Shown piece after piece: positions 37,643 to 47,169 of a stretch of DNA of 58,986 nt. The stretch is from Rubrivivax sp. GTDB taxonomy: Bacteria > Pseudomonadota > Gammaproteobacteria > Burkholderiales > Burkholderiaceae_C. The notes under the pieces were generated by a model that had not been told where the DNA came from, ran no database searches, and was given only the letters and a program-made list of their open reading frames with translations. The number at the start of each line of letters is the position of its first letter. Position 1 is the stretch's first letter. The DNA lies in contig JAYSYB010000045.1 of the NCBI GenBank assembly GCA_043716775.1, positions 1 to 58,986 of the forward strand, given 5' to 3'. Position numbers and translations under genes: made by a program.

Positions 37643-38747
37643 GTACGAAGCCTTCTATGGTCTGACCGCCAAGCCCTTCCAGCTCAACCCCGACCCGAGC
37701 TTCTACTTCGCCAGCAAGCAGCACCGGCGTGCCAAGGCGTACCTTGAATATGGCGTGTCGCGCAACGAAGGCTTCATCGTCATCACCGGCGAAATCGGTG
37801 CCGGCAAGACGATGGTGCTGCGCAGCCTGATCGAAGGCCTGAACGGCAGCAACGTCATCACCGGCCACCTCGTCACCACGCAACTGGGCGCCGAAGACAC
37901 ACTGCGCATGGTGGGGGCGGCCTTTGGCTTCCGCGTGAAAGACGTGCCTAAGAGTGAACTGCTCATCACGCTCGAAGCCTTCCTCATCAGCCAAACCAGC
38001 AAGGGCAAGCGCTGCCTGCTGATCGTGGACGAAGCGCAGAACCTGACGCCGCGCGCGGTGGAAGAACTGCGCATGCTCAGCAACTTCCAGTTTGGCAACC
38101 AGGCGTTGCTGCAGAGCTTTCTGGTCGGTCAGCCCGAATTCCGAGAAATCCTACAGCAGCCCGAGATGGAGCAGTTCCGCCAGCGCGTGGCCGCCACCTG
38201 CCACATCGGCCCGCTGGACCAGGACGAGACCAAGGGCTACATCGAACACCGCCTGAAGTGCGCCGGCTCCAAGGGCAAGCCGACCTTCGAGCCTGCTGCA
38301 TTTGAAGGAATATTCAAGGCCAGCAACGGCATCCCGCGGCGCATCAACGCGGTGTGTGATCGATTGCTGCTGGCCGGTTTTTTGTCCGGCCGCACCTTGC
38401 TGACGGCCGAAGATGTGGCCGAAGTCGTGCGCGAATTCCAACAAGAGAATGCCGTCACTGCGCGCCCCGCCAGCACACTCGTCATGGCGCAAGGCGGTGA
38501 GCCCTCTGCGCCAGGCGGCCTGGGTGGTGTTGAGCTCGACCTGGACCTGAGCCAGCTCAAGCTCGGCACCGCCGAAGCCGAAGGCATGAGCAAGCAGATC
38601 GCGGCGCTCACCGCCGACCAGCGTGGCGACCAGTTTCAGCGCCTGGAACGCAGCCTGCTGCGGCTGGAGCGCATCAACGTGCAGACGTTGAACATGCTGC
38701 AGAAACTGGTAGCTGCAGTGAAGAAACCAGGTGACAACCCGCCATGA
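37641..38747 (+). CDS. ExeA-like AAA ATPase, XrtA/PEP-CTERM associated
   Basis: MYEAFYGL..KPFQLNPDP, GEIGAGKT, VDEAQNL, LVGQPE and GIPRRIN. Confidence 0.9.
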   Translation: MYEAFYGLTAKPFQLNPDPSFYFASKQHRRAKAYLEYGVSRNEGFIVITGEIGAGKTMVLRSLIEGLNGSNVITGHLVTTQLGAEDTLRMVGAAFGFRVKDVPKSELLITLEAFLISQTSKGKRCLLIVDEAQNLTPRAVEELRMLSNFQFGNQALLQSFLVGQPEFREILQQPEMEQFRQRVAATCHIGPLDQDETKGYIEHRLKCAGSKGKPTFEPAAFEGIFKASNGIPRRINAVCDRLLLAGFLSGRTLLTAEDVAEVVREFQQENAVTARPASTLVMAQGGEPSAPGGLGGVELDLDLSQLKLGTAEAEGMSKQIAALTADQRGDQFQRLERSLLRLERINVQTLNMLQKLVAAVKKPGDNPP

Positions 38748-39892
38748 CTCCAGCAGCGCCCAGCGGTCCGGTGATGTGCGTCGTCGGCGCACGCCCCAAC
38801 TTCATGAAGATGGCGCCCATCCTGCGCGCGCTGGCTGGCCACACGCCGCCACTGCCGGCGCTGCTGGTGCACACCGGCCAGCATTACGACGCCAGCATGA
38901 GCGACAAGCTCTTCGCCGACCTCGCGCTGCCGCAGCCTGACATCAACCTTGAAGTCGGCTCGGGCTCTCACGCGGTGCAGACGGCTGAAGTGATGAAGCG
39001 CTTTGAGCCCGCACTGGACGAACACAAACCCGCCTGCGTGCTGGTGGTGGGTGACGTCAACTCCACGCTGGCCTGCACGCTGGTGGCGGTGAAGAAGGGC
39101 ATCCCCGTGGTGCACGTCGAAGCCGGCCTGCGCAGCTACGACCGCAAGATGCCGGAAGAGATCAACCGCGTGCTAACGGATCAAGTGGCAGACCGCCTGT
39201 ACACCACCGAACGCAGCGCGCTGGCCAACCTGCTGCGCGAAGGCGTGTCACCAGAGCGCGTGTGCTTTGCCGGCAACGTGATGATCGATTCGCTGCTGTC
39301 CAACCGCAGCAAGGCGCGTCCTGCTGCGGCCACCCTGCAGGCGCACGGCATTGACGCGACGATGTTGAACCACCCCCGCGGCTATGGCGTGGTCACTCTG
39401 CACCGGCCGTCGAACGTCGACGATGCCGACACGCTGCGCAGCGTCCTCACCGAACTGGCCCACACCGCAGAGCAACTGCCGCTGGTGTTTGCGCTGCACC
39501 CGCGCACCCGCAACAACATCGACCGCTTCGGCCTGAACGCCCTGCTGAACCCCGCCAACATGGCCATCCTGCCGCCGCAGGGCTACCTGGAAATGGTGGG
39601 CCTGATGAGCGGTGCGACGCTCGTGCTTACCGACTCTGGCGGCCTGCAGGAAGAGACCACTGCACTCGGCGTGCCCTGCCTCACGCTGCGCGAAAACACC
39701 GAGCGGCCCATCACCGTGGAGCAGGGCACCAACACCATGGTCGGACGCGACGTGCTGGCCATCCGTCGGGGCGTGGCCGACATCCTGGCCGGCCGTGGCA
39801 AGTCAGGCCGCGTGCCTGAATTCTGGGACGGCCACGCTGCCGAGCGCATCGCCGCCGACCTCTACACCTGGCTGCAAGCCGGAGCAACCTGA
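38744..39892 (+). CDS. wecB: UDP-N-acetylglucosamine 2-epimerase (non-hydrolysing)
   Basis: VGARPNFMK, HTGQHY, HVEAGLRS, MPEEINR and TDSGGLQEE. Confidence 0.93.
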   Translation: MTPAAPSGPVMCVVGARPNFMKMAPILRALAGHTPPLPALLVHTGQHYDASMSDKLFADLALPQPDINLEVGSGSHAVQTAEVMKRFEPALDEHKPACVLVVGDVNSTLACTLVAVKKGIPVVHVEAGLRSYDRKMPEEINRVLTDQVADRLYTTERSALANLLREGVSPERVCFAGNVMIDSLLSNRSKARPAAATLQAHGIDATMLNHPRGYGVVTLHRPSNVDDADTLRSVLTELAHTAEQLPLVFALHPRTRNNIDRFGLNALLNPANMAILPPQGYLEMVGLMSGATLVLTDSGGLQEETTALGVPCLTLRENTERPITVEQGTNTMVGRDVLAIRRGVADILAGRGKSGRVPEFWDGHAAERIAADLYTWLQAGAT

Positions 39893-39896
39893 AACC

Positions 39897-40751
39897 ATGC
39901 TCGCACCTGCTGTCACCAACGCACTGACCATCGACGTGGAAGATTACTTCCAGGTCTCGGCCTTCGCGCCCTACATCCGCCGCGACGAATGGGACGCACG
40001 TGAGTGCCGCGTTGAACGCAATGTCGGCCGCATCCTGGAGCTGCTGGCGCAACGGGACATCAAGGCCACGTTTTTCACGCTCGGCTGGCTGGCTGAACGC
40101 TACCCGCAACTGGTGCGTGCCATCGTCGCTGGTGGTCATGAACTGGCCAGCCATGGCTATGGCCATGAACGTGCCAGTGACTTGAGCCGCCAGGCCTTCA
40201 CGCAAGACGTCACGCGCGCCAAGATGCTGCTGGAAGACCTGGGCGGCCAGGCCGTGCTCGGTTACCGCGCGCCAAGTTTTTCCATCGGCACCGCCAACCT
40301 CTGGGCCTTTGACGTGCTGGCCGCCACCGGCCACCAGTACAGCAGCAGCGTCTATCCGATCAAGCACGACCACTACGGCATGCCCGACTCGCCGCGCTTT
40401 GCTTACCGGCTTGCCAACGGACTGCTTGAAGTGCCGGTCACCACGCTGCGCGTCATGAACCGCAACCTGCCGTCCAGCGGCGGCGGTTACTTCCGCCTTC
40501 TGCCCTACGCGCTGTCGCGCTGGATGCTGCGCAAGGTGAACCGCGAAGACCGCGAATCCGCCGTCTTCTACTTCCACCCTTGGGAAATCGACCCCGGCCA
40601 GCCGCGCATCGCGGGCATCGACGCGAAGACGCGCTTCCGCCACTACGTCAACATCGACCGCACCGAAGGCCGCCTGCAGAGCCTGATGCAGGACTTCCGT
40701 TGGGGCCGGATGGACCAGATCTTCCTTCCCGGCGCCAAGGCGCCCGGCTGA
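39897..40751 (+). CDS. XrtA-system polysaccharide deacetylase
   Basis: TIDVEDYFQV, ATFFTLG, HELASHG, GYRAPSFS and YFHPWEID. Confidence 0.9.
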   Translation: MLAPAVTNALTIDVEDYFQVSAFAPYIRRDEWDARECRVERNVGRILELLAQRDIKATFFTLGWLAERYPQLVRAIVAGGHELASHGYGHERASDLSRQAFTQDVTRAKMLLEDLGGQAVLGYRAPSFSIGTANLWAFDVLAATGHQYSSSVYPIKHDHYGMPDSPRFAYRLANGLLEVPVTTLRVMNRNLPSSGGGYFRLLPYALSRWMLRKVNREDRESAVFYFHPWEIDPGQPRIAGIDAKTRFRHYVNIDRTEGRLQSLMQDFRWGRMDQIFLPGAKAPG

Positions 40752-40762
40752 GCCTGCCACCT

Positions 40763-41800
40763 GTGCCCACCATCGAGCGTCTTGCGCCTGGGGACGTCCG
40801 CGGCGCTGCGCTGTGGGACGCCTTTGTGCTGGCCTGCCCGCAAGCCACCTTCTTCCACCGCGCAGGTTGGCAGCGCATCATGCGCGACGTGTTCAAGCAC
40901 GACGCCTACTTCCTGTACACCCAGCAGCAGGGCCGCATCACCGGCGTGCTGCCTTTGGCGCATGTAAAGAGCATGCTCTTTGGCAAGTCGCTCACGAGCC
41001 TGCCCTTTGCGGTGTACGGCGGCGTGGCTGCTGAAGACGAGACCAGCGCGCAGATGCTGGAACACGAAGCGCAGCGCTTGGCGCAGAGCCTGGGTGTGGA
41101 CCACCTGGAACTGCGTCAACTGCAACGCCGCCACGAAGACTGGCCGCGCCAAGAGGTGTACGTCACCTTCCGCAAGGCCATCGTGCCTGACGAAGAAGCC
41201 AACATGCTGGCCATCCCGCGCAAGCAGCGCGCGATGGTGCGCAAGGGCATCAAGAACGGCTTGAAAAGCGAAGTGGACCGCAACGTTGACCGCTTCTTCA
41301 GCCTCTACGCCGACAACGTGCACCGTCACGGCACACCGGCATTGCCGAAACGCTACTTTGAAGCACTGCAGCAGCAGTTCGGTACTGACTGCGAAGTGCT
41401 GACCGTCACCGACGCCCACGGCAAGCTGCTGTCGTCCGTGTTCACCTTCTACTTTCGTGACGAGGTACTGCCTTATTACGCTGGCGACGACGAAGCAGCG
41501 CGCGATCTGGCCGCCAATGATTTCAAATACTGGGAGCTCATGCGCAGCGCGTGTGCGCGCGGGTGCAAGGTCTTCGACTACGGGCGCAGCAAGCTGGGCA
41601 CCGGGCCCTACGCGTTCAAGAAAAACTGGGGCTTCGAGCCCACGCCGCTCCACTACGAGTATTGTTTGTACAAACATTCATCCGTGCCGCAGAACAACCC
41701 CTCCAACGCCAAGTACAAGCTGATGATCGACACGTGGCGCAAGCTGCCGCTGGGTGTGGCGAATTGGTTGGGGCCGTTTGTCGTGCGCAGCTTGGGCTAG
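40763..41800 (+). CDS. FemAB-related GNAT protein, PEP-CTERM associated
   Basis: ATFFH..GW, SLPFAVYGG, RKQRAMVRKG and FDYGRSK..TG...FKKNWG. No ATG; start is GTG 40763 or CTG 40748. Confidence 0.88.
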   Translation: MPTIERLAPGDVRGAALWDAFVLACPQATFFHRAGWQRIMRDVFKHDAYFLYTQQQGRITGVLPLAHVKSMLFGKSLTSLPFAVYGGVAAEDETSAQMLEHEAQRLAQSLGVDHLELRQLQRRHEDWPRQEVYVTFRKAIVPDEEANMLAIPRKQRAMVRKGIKNGLKSEVDRNVDRFFSLYADNVHRHGTPALPKRYFEALQQQFGTDCEVLTVTDAHGKLLSSVFTFYFRDEVLPYYAGDDEAARDLAANDFKYWELMRSACARGCKVFDYGRSKLGTGPYAFKKNWGFEPTPLHYEYCLYKHSSVPQNNPSNAKYKLMIDTWRKLPLGVANWLGPFVVRSLG

Positions 41801-41806
41801 GCGCTG

Positions 41807-43021
41807 ATGGCGAACCTGCTCTATCTGGTGCACCGCATGCCTTACCCGCCCGACAAGGGCGATAAGGTGCGCTCGTTTCATTTGCTCAAGCACCTGGCAG
41901 CGCAGCACCGCGTCTTCGTCGGCACCTTCATGGACGACCCTGCCGACGCGGTGCATGTTGAGGCGCTGCGGTCACTTTGCGCGGGCCTGCACATCAGCAC
42001 CCTGCACCCACGCATGGCGCGCGTGGCCAGCTTGGCGGGCCTGGTGACCAACGATGCACTCACCCTGCACTACTACCGCGACGCAGCCCTTCGGCGCTGG
42101 GTGGCGCAGACGCTGGAACACGAATCCATTGATGCCGTGGTCGTCTTTTCGTCGTCCATGGCGCAATACGCCGAAGGCTTGACCAAGGTGCCTGTCCTGG
42201 TGGATTTTGTGGATGTCGATTCGGCCAAGTGGACTGCCTATGCAGACCAGCGCCGCTGGCCGATGTCCTGGCTCTACCGGCGCGAAGGATTGCGCTTGCT
42301 CGCCTATGAGCGAGGTGTCGCCGCTTCGGCCAGCAGAAGCTTTTTTTGCACCGACAAGGAGGCGCAACTCTTCGTGCAGATGGCGCCCGAATGTGCGGGT
42401 GATGTGGAGCCCATGAATAACGGCGTCGATGCGCAGTACTTTTCGCCACAGATCGACCGCGCGTCGCCGTTCGCGGCCGACGAAACAGCGCTGGTCTTCA
42501 CCGGAGCCATGGATTACTGGCCCAACGTCGACGCCGTGACCTGGTTTGCCAGCGACGTGCTGCCCGAGTTGCAGCGCCAGCATCCAGGTCTGCGCTTTCA
42601 CATCGTCGGCCGTTCGCCAACGCCTGCCGTGCGGGCGCTGGCATCGGCGGCTGTTGCTGTCACTGGCACGGTGCCCGACGTACGGCCTTACCTGCAGCAT
42701 GCGGCTGTGGTCGTGGCCCCGCTGCGCCTGGCGCGCGGCATCCAGAACAAGATCCTGGAAGCCATGGCCATGGGGCGCCCTGTAGTGGCTGCGGCCACCT
42801 GCGTGGACGCGCTGGACGTTGACACCGACACAGAAATCGTGGCCGCCGAAAGTGCGGCCGACTATGTGCGCAGCATCCTGCAACTGCTGGGCAACCCTGG
42901 CCAGGCCCGCGCCATTGGTGTCGAAGGCCGGCGCCGGGTGCAGCAAAGCTATACCTGGGCCGCGCACATGTCGGCATTCGATCGACACCTCTTGCGCGGC
43001 GCGCTGCCGGTGGCGGCATGA
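41807..43021 (+). CDS. GT4 glycosyltransferase (TIGR03087-like)
   Basis: HRMPYPPDKGDKVRS, DVDSAKW, GAMDYWPN and ARGIQNKILEAMA. Confidence 0.9.
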   Translation: MANLLYLVHRMPYPPDKGDKVRSFHLLKHLAAQHRVFVGTFMDDPADAVHVEALRSLCAGLHISTLHPRMARVASLAGLVTNDALTLHYYRDAALRRWVAQTLEHESIDAVVVFSSSMAQYAEGLTKVPVLVDFVDVDSAKWTAYADQRRWPMSWLYRREGLRLLAYERGVAASASRSFFCTDKEAQLFVQMAPECAGDVEPMNNGVDAQYFSPQIDRASPFAADETALVFTGAMDYWPNVDAVTWFASDVLPELQRQHPGLRFHIVGRSPTPAVRALASAAVAVTGTVPDVRPYLQHAAVVVAPLRLARGIQNKILEAMAMGRPVVAAATCVDALDVDTDTEIVAAESAADYVRSILQLLGNPGQARAIGVEGRRRVQQSYTWAAHMSAFDRHLLRGALPVAA

Positions 43022-43092
43022 GCGCCGAAGGTTTCCCGATGGATCATTCCCGCCTGGCGGGACCGGCCGCAGGCCATAGGGTGCCCCAATGA
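43018..43092 (+). repeat. Hairpin-containing intergenic element read as a 24-aa mini-ORF overlapping both flanking genes
   Basis: ATGA at both ends; inverted repeats TCCCGCC-T-GGCGGGA and GGCC-GCA-GGCC; resembles 5429-5521. Confidence 0.55.
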
Positions 43093-44645
43093 GTGCTGTG
43101 CTGAACCCCACCAGCGTGTCCACGCCATGGCGCCGTTCGCTGCTGGCACTGGGCCTCGTGCTGCTGGCCATTTTGCTGCTGTACCGCGACACGTTTGGCG
43201 CCATGACGGCGATCTGGTCGCGCTCCGAAACCTTTGCCCACGCCTGGCTGGTGCCGCCGATCGCGCTGTGGCTGGTCTGGCGCCGGCGCGCGGCGCTGGC
43301 GCCCTTCACCCCCGCAGCCCAGCCTTGGATGATCGTGCCGATGGCGCTGGTCGCCGTCGCCTGGCTCGTGGGCAACACCGCTGGCGTCAACGCGGTGACG
43401 CAACTCTGCGTCACCGCGCTGCTGGTGCTGGCCGTACCCTTGGTGTTGGGGCTGGCAGCGGCGCGGCAGCTGACCTTTCCGCTGGCCTTCCTGTTCTTCA
43501 TGGTGCCCATCGGCGAATTCCTGATGCCGGTGATGATGGAAGCCACGGCCGACTTCACGGTGGCTGCCGTTGCGCTGTCGGGCGTGCCGGTGTACCGCGA
43601 AGGCCTGCAATTCATCATTCCGACCGGCGCGTGGTCGGTCGTCGAAGCCTGCAGCGGCGTGCGCTACCTCATCGCGTCGTTCATGGTGGGCACCCTGTTT
43701 GCCTACCTCAACTACAGCAGCCCCTGGCGGCGCTGGGCGTTTGTCGGTTTTTCGATCTTGGTGCCTATCCTGGCCAACTGGCTGCGCGCCTACTTGATCG
43801 TCATGCTCGGGCACCTGTCCGGCAACAAGCTGGCCGTGGGTGTGGACCACCTTGTCTATGGCTGGGTGTTCTTTGGCGTCGTGATCGGGCTCATGTTCTT
43901 TGTCGGTTCTCGCTGGGCTGAACGCGATGCCGCGTTGCCGACCCCACCGCTGCGGCCCACCGGACAGCCGGACGCGAGCCTGGTGTTCACCTGCCTGGTC
44001 AGCGCTGCTGCCGTCGCAGCTTTGGCGCTGCCGCAGGGGGTGGCCTGGCAACTGGCCCATCCGCAGGCCTTGCCGCCGCTGGTGCTGACATTGCCCGACC
44101 TGCCCACAGCTCCCAGCCAGGCCGCGCCCGACAATCCGCTGCTCGCCCCAACCGCCCCCGGCGCCGCTGCGCAGTCCAGCCGCGTGTATGCCGTGGGCGA
44201 CGGTGCAGTCACCGTGCACATCGCCTACTTCAGGCAGCAGGGTTACGGGGCCAAGCTGGCCAGCGGCGAAAACATGCTCATCCGCACCGATGACAAGTTC
44301 TGGAACCGCTTGTCCACCGCGAAGACCGTGGTGGACGCAAAGGGCATCGGGCCGGTGACGATGCGCACGTCACGCTTGCTGGGCGGTGGCACGGGCAACA
44401 CCATGGGCCGCCAGCACCTGGAAGCGCGCGAGTTGTACTGGAGCGGCGGCCGCTTCACCGCCAGCGGTCAGTGGGCCACCTTGCTTGGCGTGTTCGGGCG
44501 CCTCACGGGGCAGGGCGACGACGGCGCCGTCATCACGGTCTATGCCGAAGGCGAACCGGCCAGCACGCAGGCGCGCCTGGACAGCTTCATCGCAAGCCAT
44601 CTCGGCGCGCTGCAAAGCCAGTTGGACAGCGCACGCCGGCGCTAG
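43089..44645 (+). CDS. xrtA: Exosortase A with C-terminal EpsI-like domain
   Basis: Multi-TM protein; catalytic Cys (EACSG), Arg (NWLR) and His (GVDHLVYGW). Confidence 0.93.
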   Translation: MSAVLNPTSVSTPWRRSLLALGLVLLAILLLYRDTFGAMTAIWSRSETFAHAWLVPPIALWLVWRRRAALAPFTPAAQPWMIVPMALVAVAWLVGNTAGVNAVTQLCVTALLVLAVPLVLGLAAARQLTFPLAFLFFMVPIGEFLMPVMMEATADFTVAAVALSGVPVYREGLQFIIPTGAWSVVEACSGVRYLIASFMVGTLFAYLNYSSPWRRWAFVGFSILVPILANWLRAYLIVMLGHLSGNKLAVGVDHLVYGWVFFGVVIGLMFFVGSRWAERDAALPTPPLRPTGQPDASLVFTCLVSAAAVAALALPQGVAWQLAHPQALPPLVLTLPDLPTAPSQAAPDNPLLAPTAPGAAAQSSRVYAVGDGAVTVHIAYFRQQGYGAKLASGENMLIRTDDKFWNRLSTAKTVVDAKGIGPVTMRTSRLLGGGTGNTMGRQHLEARELYWSGGRFTASGQWATLLGVFGRLTGQGDDGAVITVYAEGEPASTQARLDSFIASHLGALQSQLDSARRR

Positions 44646-44705
44646 CTGGAAACGCGCCACCGCCGCGACTTTTTTTTCTGCACACATCAAGGGACATCGA
44701 CCGTC

Positions 44706-45986
44706 ATGAGTACCGTTGCCGTCATTGGACTGGGTTACGTCGGACTGCCGCTGGTGGTTGAATTTGGCAAGCACGTGCGCACCATCGGCTTCGACATCGC
44801 GCAGAACAAGGTGGACGCATGCCTGCGCGGCACCGACCCTTCGCGCGAACTTGAAGACGCGCAGATGGCCGCCGCCAAACACGCCGTGTACACGTCCGAC
44901 CCGGCCCTGCTGGCTGAAGCCGACATGATCATCGTCGCCGTACCAACACCGGTCGACAACGCCCACATCCCCGACTTCCGACCGCTCATCGGGTCGTCCA
45001 CCAGCGTCGGCCGGCACATGAAAAAGGGCGTCACGGTGGTTTATGAATCCACGGTGTACCCCGGTGCCACCGAAGAGGTCTGCATCCCGGTGCTTGAAAA
45101 GGAATCGGGCCTCAAGTGGAAGCAGGACTTCTTCGTCGGCTACAGCCCCGAGCGCATCAACCCCGGCGACAAGGAACACACGCTCACCAAGATCCTGAAG
45201 ATCGTCTCCGGCGACACCCCCGAGACGCTGGACAAGGTGGCCAAGCTCTACGAAAAGATCATCGTCCCCGGGGTGCACCGCGCCAGCAGCATCAAGGCCG
45301 CCGAAGCTGCCAAGGTCATCGAAAACACCCAGCGCGACCTCAACATCGCATTGATGAATGAGCTGGCCATCATCTTCGACAAGATCGGCATCGACACCAC
45401 CGAAGTGCTTGAAGCAGCCGGCACCAAGTGGAACTTTCTCAAGTTCAAGCCGGGCCTCGTCGGCGGCCACTGCATTGGTGTGGATCCGTACTACCTGACG
45501 CACAAGGCCGACATGCTGGGCTACCACCCGCAGGTCATCCTGGCGGGCCGGCGCATCAATGACAGCATGGGCAAGTTCATTGCCGAACAGACCATCAAGC
45601 ACATGATCGCGTCGGGCAGCTACATCAAGGGCGCCCGCGTCAACGTGCTGGGCCTGACCTTTAAAGAAAACTGCGGCGACCTGCGCAACAGCAAGGTCAT
45701 CGACATCATCAACGAGCTCAAGACCTACGGCGTCGAGGTCTGCGTCACCGACCCCCAGGCCGAGCCCGAAGAAGCCATGCACGAATACGGCGTGCGCCTG
45801 CTGACGTGGGACGAACTGCCGCGCTCCGACGCCATCGTTGCCGCGGTGTCGCACCGTGAATACAGCGGCCTGTCGCTGGAAGACATCGGCAAGAAGCTTG
45901 TCAAGGGCGGCGCTTTCATCGACGTCAAGGCCAGCTTCAACGCCGCGCAGCTGCAGGGTGCGGGCTACCGCGTGTGGCGGTTGTGA
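44706..45986 (+). CDS. Nucleotide-sugar dehydrogenase (UDP-HexNAc 6-dehydrogenase, TviB/WbpO-like)
   Basis: GLGYVG, YESTVYPG, SPERINPG and GGHCIGVDPYYL. Confidence 0.92.
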   Translation: MSTVAVIGLGYVGLPLVVEFGKHVRTIGFDIAQNKVDACLRGTDPSRELEDAQMAAAKHAVYTSDPALLAEADMIIVAVPTPVDNAHIPDFRPLIGSSTSVGRHMKKGVTVVYESTVYPGATEEVCIPVLEKESGLKWKQDFFVGYSPERINPGDKEHTLTKILKIVSGDTPETLDKVAKLYEKIIVPGVHRASSIKAAEAAKVIENTQRDLNIALMNELAIIFDKIGIDTTEVLEAAGTKWNFLKFKPGLVGGHCIGVDPYYLTHKADMLGYHPQVILAGRRINDSMGKFIAEQTIKHMIASGSYIKGARVNVLGLTFKENCGDLRNSKVIDIINELKTYGVEVCVTDPQAEPEEAMHEYGVRLLTWDELPRSDAIVAAVSHREYSGLSLEDIGKKLVKGGAFIDVKASFNAAQLQGAGYRVWRL

Positions 45987-45990
45987 CGCC

Positions 45991-47169
45991 GTGACCGGCG
46001 CCGCTTTGCCGGTGTATGCGGCGCCCAAGGGGTTGGTCGGGGTACGGGCGTGGCTGCAGGCGCAGTTTGAGCTCTCTCGGGGCGGACATGACGACAACAT
46101 GCGGCCTATGGAGGGCCTGCGCGGCTACGCGGTATTCCTCGTCTTCCTGGTTCACTTTGTAACCCTGCTCGAGCAGCAGTTGCAGCCCGGCGAATCGGCA
46201 CGTGCGCTGATGTCCATGGCTCGCCCGCTGGTGTCCGTCGGACATTCGGGGGTGGACCTCTTCTTCGTGCTCAGCGGCTACCTCATCTACGGTTCGCTGC
46301 TCGCGCGCGTGCAAGCCTTTGGGCCCTATGCGTGGCGCCGCGTGCAGCGCATTTATCCAGCCTTTCTGGCGGTTTTTGCACTCTACGTGGTGTTGACGTG
46401 GGCCATGCCTTCCAGCGGCAAGCTACCCAGCGGTGCCGCGGATGCGGGCCTGTACCTGGTGGCAAACTTGCTGCTGCTGCCCGGACTCTTTCCCATCGAG
46501 CCATTGATCAGCGTCGCCTGGTCGTTGAGCTACGAGATGTTCTTCTACCTCGTGGTGCCACTGCTAATTGCGGGCCTGGGTTTGCGCACGCGCAGTCCGG
46601 GCTGGCGCGTCGGGCTGATCGTGGTGCTGTCCGCGGCCTTGTTGGGCTGGTGCGCCCTGAACGGCGGCCACGTCAGGCTTGTCATGTTTCTTGGCGGCAT
46701 GTTGCTGTGGGAAGTCCTGGCCTTGCATCCGCGCCGGCCTTTGTTGGGGCCCGTTGGAGCGGCGATTGCCCTCGCGTGCTGCACCGCGGCGCCACTGTTG
46801 CCTGCGCTGCTCGACCTGGGTGCGTCGTTCGGCTACACACTGCGCACGTTCTGCCTGTGCGTGGCGTTTTGCCTGCTCTGCCAGACCTGCTTTTCCGGAC
46901 CCGGCAGGGGTTGGCTGCAGGTGTTCTGCTGGACCCCGCTGCGCTGGCTGGGCAACATGAGCTATTCGTACTACCTGCTGCACGGCCTGGCCCTGAATGC
47001 GGTTTTCCTGGTGCTGTCCAAAGCTGCGCCTGCCGGCCTATCCGTCGCGGCCGTTCCTGCTTTGCTCTTCGTATCCTTTGGCGTCACGTTGCTGGCTTCG
47101 GCGGCGCTGTTCGTGCTGGTGGAGCGCCCGTTTTCCCTCAGCCGTCCCGCAAGCAGTCGCATGCGCTGA
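45991..47169 (+). CDS. Acyltransferase-3 (OafA-like) membrane O-acyltransferase
   Basis: EGLRGYA, GVDLFFVLSG, WSLSYE and SYSYYLLH; start approximate. Confidence 0.87.
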   Translation: MTGAALPVYAAPKGLVGVRAWLQAQFELSRGGHDDNMRPMEGLRGYAVFLVFLVHFVTLLEQQLQPGESARALMSMARPLVSVGHSGVDLFFVLSGYLIYGSLLARVQAFGPYAWRRVQRIYPAFLAVFALYVVLTWAMPSSGKLPSGAADAGLYLVANLLLLPGLFPIEPLISVAWSLSYEMFFYLVVPLLIAGLGLRTRSPGWRVGLIVVLSAALLGWCALNGGHVRLVMFLGGMLLWEVLALHPRRPLLGPVGAAIALACCTAAPLLPALLDLGASFGYTLRTFCLCVAFCLLCQTCFSGPGRGWLQVFCWTPLRWLGNMSYSYYLLHGLALNAVFLVLSKAAPAGLSVAAVPALLFVSFGVTLLASAALFVLVERPFSLSRPASSRMR

